DNA from: Verrucomicrobiales bacterium
GTDB lineage: Bacteria; Verrucomicrobiota; Verrucomicrobiia; Limisphaerales; Palsa-1400
Direction of reading: 5' to 3'
Assembly: GCA_003140095.1 (NCBI GenBank)
Contig: PLIU01000506.1
Span: 848-57,672, forward strand
DNA length: 56,825 nucleotides
In this document: piece by piece, positions 53,060 through 56,825 of the stretch
Layout: every line of letters starts with the position of its first letter
Position numbering within the stretch: the first letter of the stretch is position 1
Translations under genes and position numbers: made by a program
Notes under the pieces: model-generated
The model's database searches: none
What the model saw: the letters and a program-made list of their open reading frames with translations, nothing else
What the model was told of the DNA's origin: nothing

Positions 53060-54271
53060 ATGAAGAACGGAAAGGAAGCAACTACGTCCCAAGCCAACCA
53101 CGGATGGAGCTTTGCCCGCCTCCGGCGGATCACCACGGCGTCCCATCGCTACATGGCGGAAGTGGACGGCCTCCGGTTTATCGCCATCTTCAGTGTGATT
53201 CTGTTTCATGTTTATTATAACGTAGCGTTTGCTCATGAGGCCGTGCTGGCCGCCTCTCCATTCAGCTTCATGATTTGGCCGGTGACTCACGGCTTTCGCG
53301 GCGTCCAACTCTTCTTCGTGATTAGTGGGTTTATCCTGGGTCTGCCTTTTGCCGCTCATTACCTCACCCGCGGGCCGGCGGTCAAGGTCGGGCAATTTTA
53401 CTTGCGCCGGCTGACGCGGCTGGAACCACCCTACATCCTGGCGTTGCTGCTGATTTATGGTGCCGCCGCCGTGATGCACAATGTCCACACGCGCGAGCCG
53501 GGTTTCTCCTCCGGGCTGCCGCTCCGCCTGGTCTATGCTTACCTTTTTGTGCGGGGCGTGCCTCCCACCTTGGACGGGGTGACGTGGACACTGGAAATCG
53601 AGGTGCAATTCTATCTGTTGGCGCCTTTGCTCGCCCAGGTCTTCAAACTGGCAACCATCCCTCGCCGCTTGACTCTCATCGCGGCGATCTGCGGTGCTCC
53701 GCTGCTGGCGTGGGTCGTGCCGCGGAGCGATGTGACACTACTGGGTTTCATTCATTTTTTCTTGGCCGGATTCCTGCTGGCCGACATCCACTGCACCGGC
53801 GCAGGCGCGGGACGATTGCCGGCGCGGTTCTTTGATCTGCTGGGGATCGGGTGCCTCCTGGTTACGCTTTTGGTCCCGGAAAGGCCCGTTTTAAAGCCGC
53901 TAGAGCCATGGTTGCTGTGCGGGATTTTTATCGGCGCTCTGCGCGGCAGCCGCTTCACGGCATTTCTACGGCGGCCCTCGATTTCGGTGCTCGGCGGCAT
54001 GTGCTATTCGCTTTACTTGCTGCACAATCCGCTCCTCTCATTCATCACGCCCAAGGTCGTTGCCAGCGGCATGTCGCTGCCACAGGCTTTTCTGCGTCTG
54101 GCCGTGGCAGGGATGCCCATCGCGGTGGGCGCGGGGATGGCATATTACATCCTAATCGAAAGGCCGTGCATGAATCCAAAATGGCCGCAGCTTGCCTTTC
54201 AACATGTCTCGCGGATGATCGGTGCGGTGCCCAGAACAGTCGCTCCCCTGACAAAATCCGGCGGGAAATGA
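53060..54271 (+). CDS. Acyltransferase family 3 (OafA-like)
   Basis: EVDGLRFIAI..V..FH, GVQLFFVISGF, FYLRRLTRLEPPY, WTLEIEVQFY, GGMCYSLYLLH, IERP. Start placed at ATG 53060. Confidence 0.9.
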   Translation: MKNGKEATTSQANHGWSFARLRRITTASHRYMAEVDGLRFIAIFSVILFHVYYNVAFAHEAVLAASPFSFMIWPVTHGFRGVQLFFVISGFILGLPFAAHYLTRGPAVKVGQFYLRRLTRLEPPYILALLLIYGAAAVMHNVHTREPGFSSGLPLRLVYAYLFVRGVPPTLDGVTWTLEIEVQFYLLAPLLAQVFKLATIPRRLTLIAAICGAPLLAWVVPRSDVTLLGFIHFFLAGFLLADIHCTGAGAGRLPARFFDLLGIGCLLVTLLVPERPVLKPLEPWLLCGIFIGALRGSRFTAFLRRPSISVLGGMCYSLYLLHNPLLSFITPKVVASGMSLPQAFLRLAVAGMPIAVGAGMAYYILIERPCMNPKWPQLAFQHVSRMIGAVPRTVAPLTKSGGK

Positions 54272-54283
54272 AACGGATGCGGA

Positions 54284-55396
54284 TCAATTCCGGCTTTGGC
54301 TCAGCGCGGCTAAAATGCGATCCACCACGGCGTCCCAATTGTGGCGGCCAAGCAACTCATCGGCCCAAACTTGGAGTTGCGCCGGAGTGGTGGCCAGCGC
54401 CTGCCGCAGCGCTGCGGCGAAGCTCTGGTAATTGCCATTGTCGAACGGGCAACCGCAACCGCTCATGACCTCGCGTGTGGCGGGAATATCGGAATAAACA
54501 GGACATGCCCCCGCCAAAACAGCTTCTACGGGCGGGCGGCCAAAGCCTTCGTATTCGGAGGAAAAGACGACCACCCGCGCGCTGCCCATCAACTCGCGGA
54601 ATTCTCCTTCCGGCAAGCGCGGATGCCGTTGGAATCCGGGCAGCGCCGGCAGTTCCAGACCCAGCGGAAGCGAACCGATCCAATGCACGGACTCGGTGGA
54701 TGGGCCTTCCCGGCGCCAGCGCGAAAAGAACTCCACCGCCTGGCGCGGCAGCTTGTACGGAAACCGGCTGGCCAGCACCACAACATCGCGCCGTTCTGTG
54801 ATGGGCGATGGAGGGCAGCGGTCGAAGCCTTCGCCGCAGCACACCAAGGGAGGGATGCGCCAGCCTTTTTCACGAGCCACACGCTGGACTTCGCGGCTGG
54901 TGAATTGGGTGGGGGTGAAAACCACGTCCGCCTGGCGCAGGGAGGCGCGCAGGGAGGCGCGAAAATAGGCCGCCTCAAGTTTGCCCACCTCGTCAGGATA
55001 ATGGCGGTCGTAGTGGTCTTGCAACACATCGTGGATGAGGGGAGCAAGCCGCACCGGGCACCGCCGGACGAACGACGCGAAGCCTTTGGGCAGCAGCAGC
55101 CATTCATTGCCCGACCGCCGTGCGGCGGCGTAGGCGGCGAATTGATCCCACCAAATCCGGCCAAAGCTGCCGCGAACTGGGAGATCGTGAAACTCCGTCC
55201 GCGTGGTGGCGGGCAACTCGAGTTTTTTACGCAGAGAATTGTTGGCCAGCACCGTCAGCGGCGGCCCTTGCGGCCGCCTGGCAAGGACGCGGAGCAGATC
55301 GATGGAAACATTGAAGATGCCCACGGACTTGGCGCGCGCGAAGGATTGATCCGCCAGCGAATAAGTGATCGAATTCTTTCTGAGTGGCGATACCAT
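54284..55396 (-). CDS. Glycosyltransferase family 4
   Basis: RIWWDQ, IHD, SEYEGFGRPPVEA, SDIP..REV. Confidence 0.85.
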   Translation of the reverse strand: MVSPLRKNSITYSLADQSFARAKSVGIFNVSIDLLRVLARRPQGPPLTVLANNSLRKKLELPATTRTEFHDLPVRGSFGRIWWDQFAAYAAARRSGNEWLLLPKGFASFVRRCPVRLAPLIHDVLQDHYDRHYPDEVGKLEAAYFRASLRASLRQADVVFTPTQFTSREVQRVAREKGWRIPPLVCCGEGFDRCPPSPITERRDVVVLASRFPYKLPRQAVEFFSRWRREGPSTESVHWIGSLPLGLELPALPGFQRHPRLPEGEFRELMGSARVVVFSSEYEGFGRPPVEAVLAGACPVYSDIPATREVMSGCGCPFDNGNYQSFAAALRQALATTPAQLQVWADELLGRHNWDAVVDRILAALSQSRN

Positions 55397-55505
55397 AGGC
55401 CATTCACCGGGGGCCGGACGAACTCTTCATTTGTGGCATCGTATAATTCATGGAGTCTTGTTGTAAAGGGCAACGCGTTTTTTTACCACATCGCGGTTTT
55501 TGCCA

Positions 55506-55533
55506 TTGACGGATGGCGGGTTTGAGGTATAGT
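55506..55533 (+). promoter_or_regulatory. Sigma70-type promoter of nusA
   Basis: TTGACG-N16-TATAGT about 100 bp upstream of the start codon. Confidence 0.65.
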
Positions 55534-55576
55534 GAGCATCGAATAAATTTGTATGGCTGAACTTGTTTCAGCGCGC

Positions 55577-55611
55577 AAGTCGGAGAGCCAGGTTCTGCCG
55601 ACTTTTTTATT
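55577..55611 (+). terminator. Leader terminator upstream of nusA (rimP/nusA-leader-like attenuator)
   Basis: AAGTCGG...CCGACTT stem running into TTTTTTATT, between the promoter and the ATG. Confidence 0.6.
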
Positions 55612-55635
55612 GCTTGAATTGGGAAAGACGAAGAT

Positions 55636-56825
55636 ATGAACGCGGATTTCTTAGCTGTCTTGGAATTCTGGGAGCGCGAGAAGGGCATCAGCCGTGATGT
55701 CTTGGTGCAGGCCGTCGAAGAGGCCCTGCTCTCGGCTGCCAAAAAAGCCGTCGGCCCCGCCCGCGAATTACGTTGCGCTATTGATACCAAGACCGGCGAC
55801 ATCAAGGCCTTCGCCAAGTTGGTCGTCTCGGAGAAAGTCCTCTCCAAACACGACCAGATTTCCGTTTTCGATGCCCGGCGCATCAAGGCCGACGCCCAAT
55901 TGGGCGAGGAGCTGGAGGTGGAGGTGACCCCGGCCGGCTTTGGCCGCATCGCTTCCCAATACGCCAAGCAGGCCCTAATGCAGCACATCCGCCGGGCCGA
56001 GAAACAGCTCATTTTCACCGAGTTCAAAGACCGCGTGGGGGACATCATGAGCGGGGTGGTGCGGCGTTTCGAACGCTCGGACGTGACGGTGGACCTGGGC
56101 AAATACGAGGCCCTGCTGCCTCACCGCGAGCGCGTGCCGACAGAAGAATACCAGATCGGCGAGCGAATCCGCTGCTACGTTAAAGCGGTGGAAAGCGGGT
56201 CGCACGGGCCGGAAATCATTCTCTCTCGCGCCGATCCGCAATTTGTCATCAAGTTGTTTCGGTTGGAAGTGTCCGAAATCAACGACGGCACCATCGAAAT
56301 CAAGGGGATTGCCCGCGAGCCGGGATTTCGCACTAAACTGGCCGTCCATACACGGGACCCCAAGGTGGACCCCGTCGGCGCCTGTGTCGGCCTGCGCGGC
56401 CAGCGGGTCAAGAACATCGTGCGTGAATTGAACAATGAGAAGGTGGACATCATCAAGTGGGACACCAATATCAAGGCTTATATTTCCAACGCCTTGGCGC
56501 CCGCGCAACTCAAGTCGTTTACCGTGGATGACGTGCGCCACCGGGTTAAAATCATGGTGGCGGAAGACCAGCTTTCACTGGCCATCGGCAAACGCGGGCA
56601 AAACGCCCGTCTGACCTCCAAGCTCACCGGCTGGCAAATTGATATTGAGGCGGAAACGGTGGTCATGGTCGGTTTTGAGGAGAAAGTCGCCCAGGCCGTA
56701 AAGACTTTCGCCGCCATCCCCGGCCTGACGCCGGAGGTGGCCAGCGTGCTGGTGCATGCGGGATTCTCCACCGTGGAGGCGCTGCTGCAGGCGGAGTCGA
56801 GCGATTTGGAGCAGATTGAACAGAT
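55636..56825 (+). CDS. nusA: Transcription termination/antitermination factor NusA (3' end outside the window)
   Basis: Manual translation: MNADFLAVLEFWEREKGISRDVL...FGRIASQYAKQ...IILSRADP...LFRLEVSEINDG...AREPGFRTK...DPVGACVGLRGQRVKNIVRELNNEKVDII...QLSLAIGKRGQNARL. Confidence 0.97.
   Translation, partial: MNADFLAVLEFWEREKGISRDVLVQAVEEALLSAAKKAVGPARELRCAIDTKTGDIKAFAKLVVSEKVLSKHDQISVFDARRIKADAQLGEELEVEVTPAGFGRIASQYAKQALMQHIRRAEKQLIFTEFKDRVGDIMSGVVRRFERSDVTVDLGKYEALLPHRERVPTEEYQIGERIRCYVKAVESGSHGPEIILSRADPQFVIKLFRLEVSEINDGTIEIKGIAREPGFRTKLAVHTRDPKVDPVGACVGLRGQRVKNIVRELNNEKVDIIKWDTNIKAYISNALAPAQLKSFTVDDVRHRVKIMVAEDQLSLAIGKRGQNARLTSKLTGWQIDIEAETVVMVGFEEKVAQAVKTFAAIPGLTPEVASVLVHAGFSTVEALLQAESSDLEQIEQ

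Noticed and set aside
1-56825. tRNA/rRNA genes, transposases, prophage genes
   Set aside because: None recognised on either strand by eye; short RNAs could have been missed without a covariance search.

Overview
GC-rich bacterial chromosomal segment, probably Verrucomicrobiota (Pedosphaera/Limisphaera-like). This assignment is inferred from secreted proteins ending in a W...F[YF]RL module, nusA with no rimP upstream, and the style of the repeats. In order, the window contains: (1) the 5' part of a large secreted Gly-rich/Ig-like protein; (2) a 5'-truncated phosphonate-associated alcohol dehydrogenase facing an aminophosphonate catabolic operon, phnW-phnA-phnY-pbfA; (3) two divergent ~1100-aa secreted paralogs with a structured regulatory spacer between them; (4) an OLD-like ABC ATPase whose TOPRIM domain looks catalytically degenerate, plus an ABC exporter pair; (5) a 10-bp-periodic repeat array; (6) a tandem array of five intact and one hollowed-out membrane-anchored RCC1/BLIP-II-type beta-propeller genes, with conserved ends, variable blade turns and mosaic relationships, interleaved with REP-like and 9-nt-periodic palindromes; (7) a REC-HDOD regulator leading into a ~26-kb surface-glycan locus (wzm/wzt, two gmd-like genes, DesI-like aminotransferase, ATP-grasp, four methyltransferases, GT2/GT4/GT61, ligase-like protein, MBOAT+SGNH, AT3); (8) nusA with its promoter and leader terminator. 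The diversifying propeller array is the best candidate for an undescribed system. All calls come from reading motifs by eye; no searches were run.
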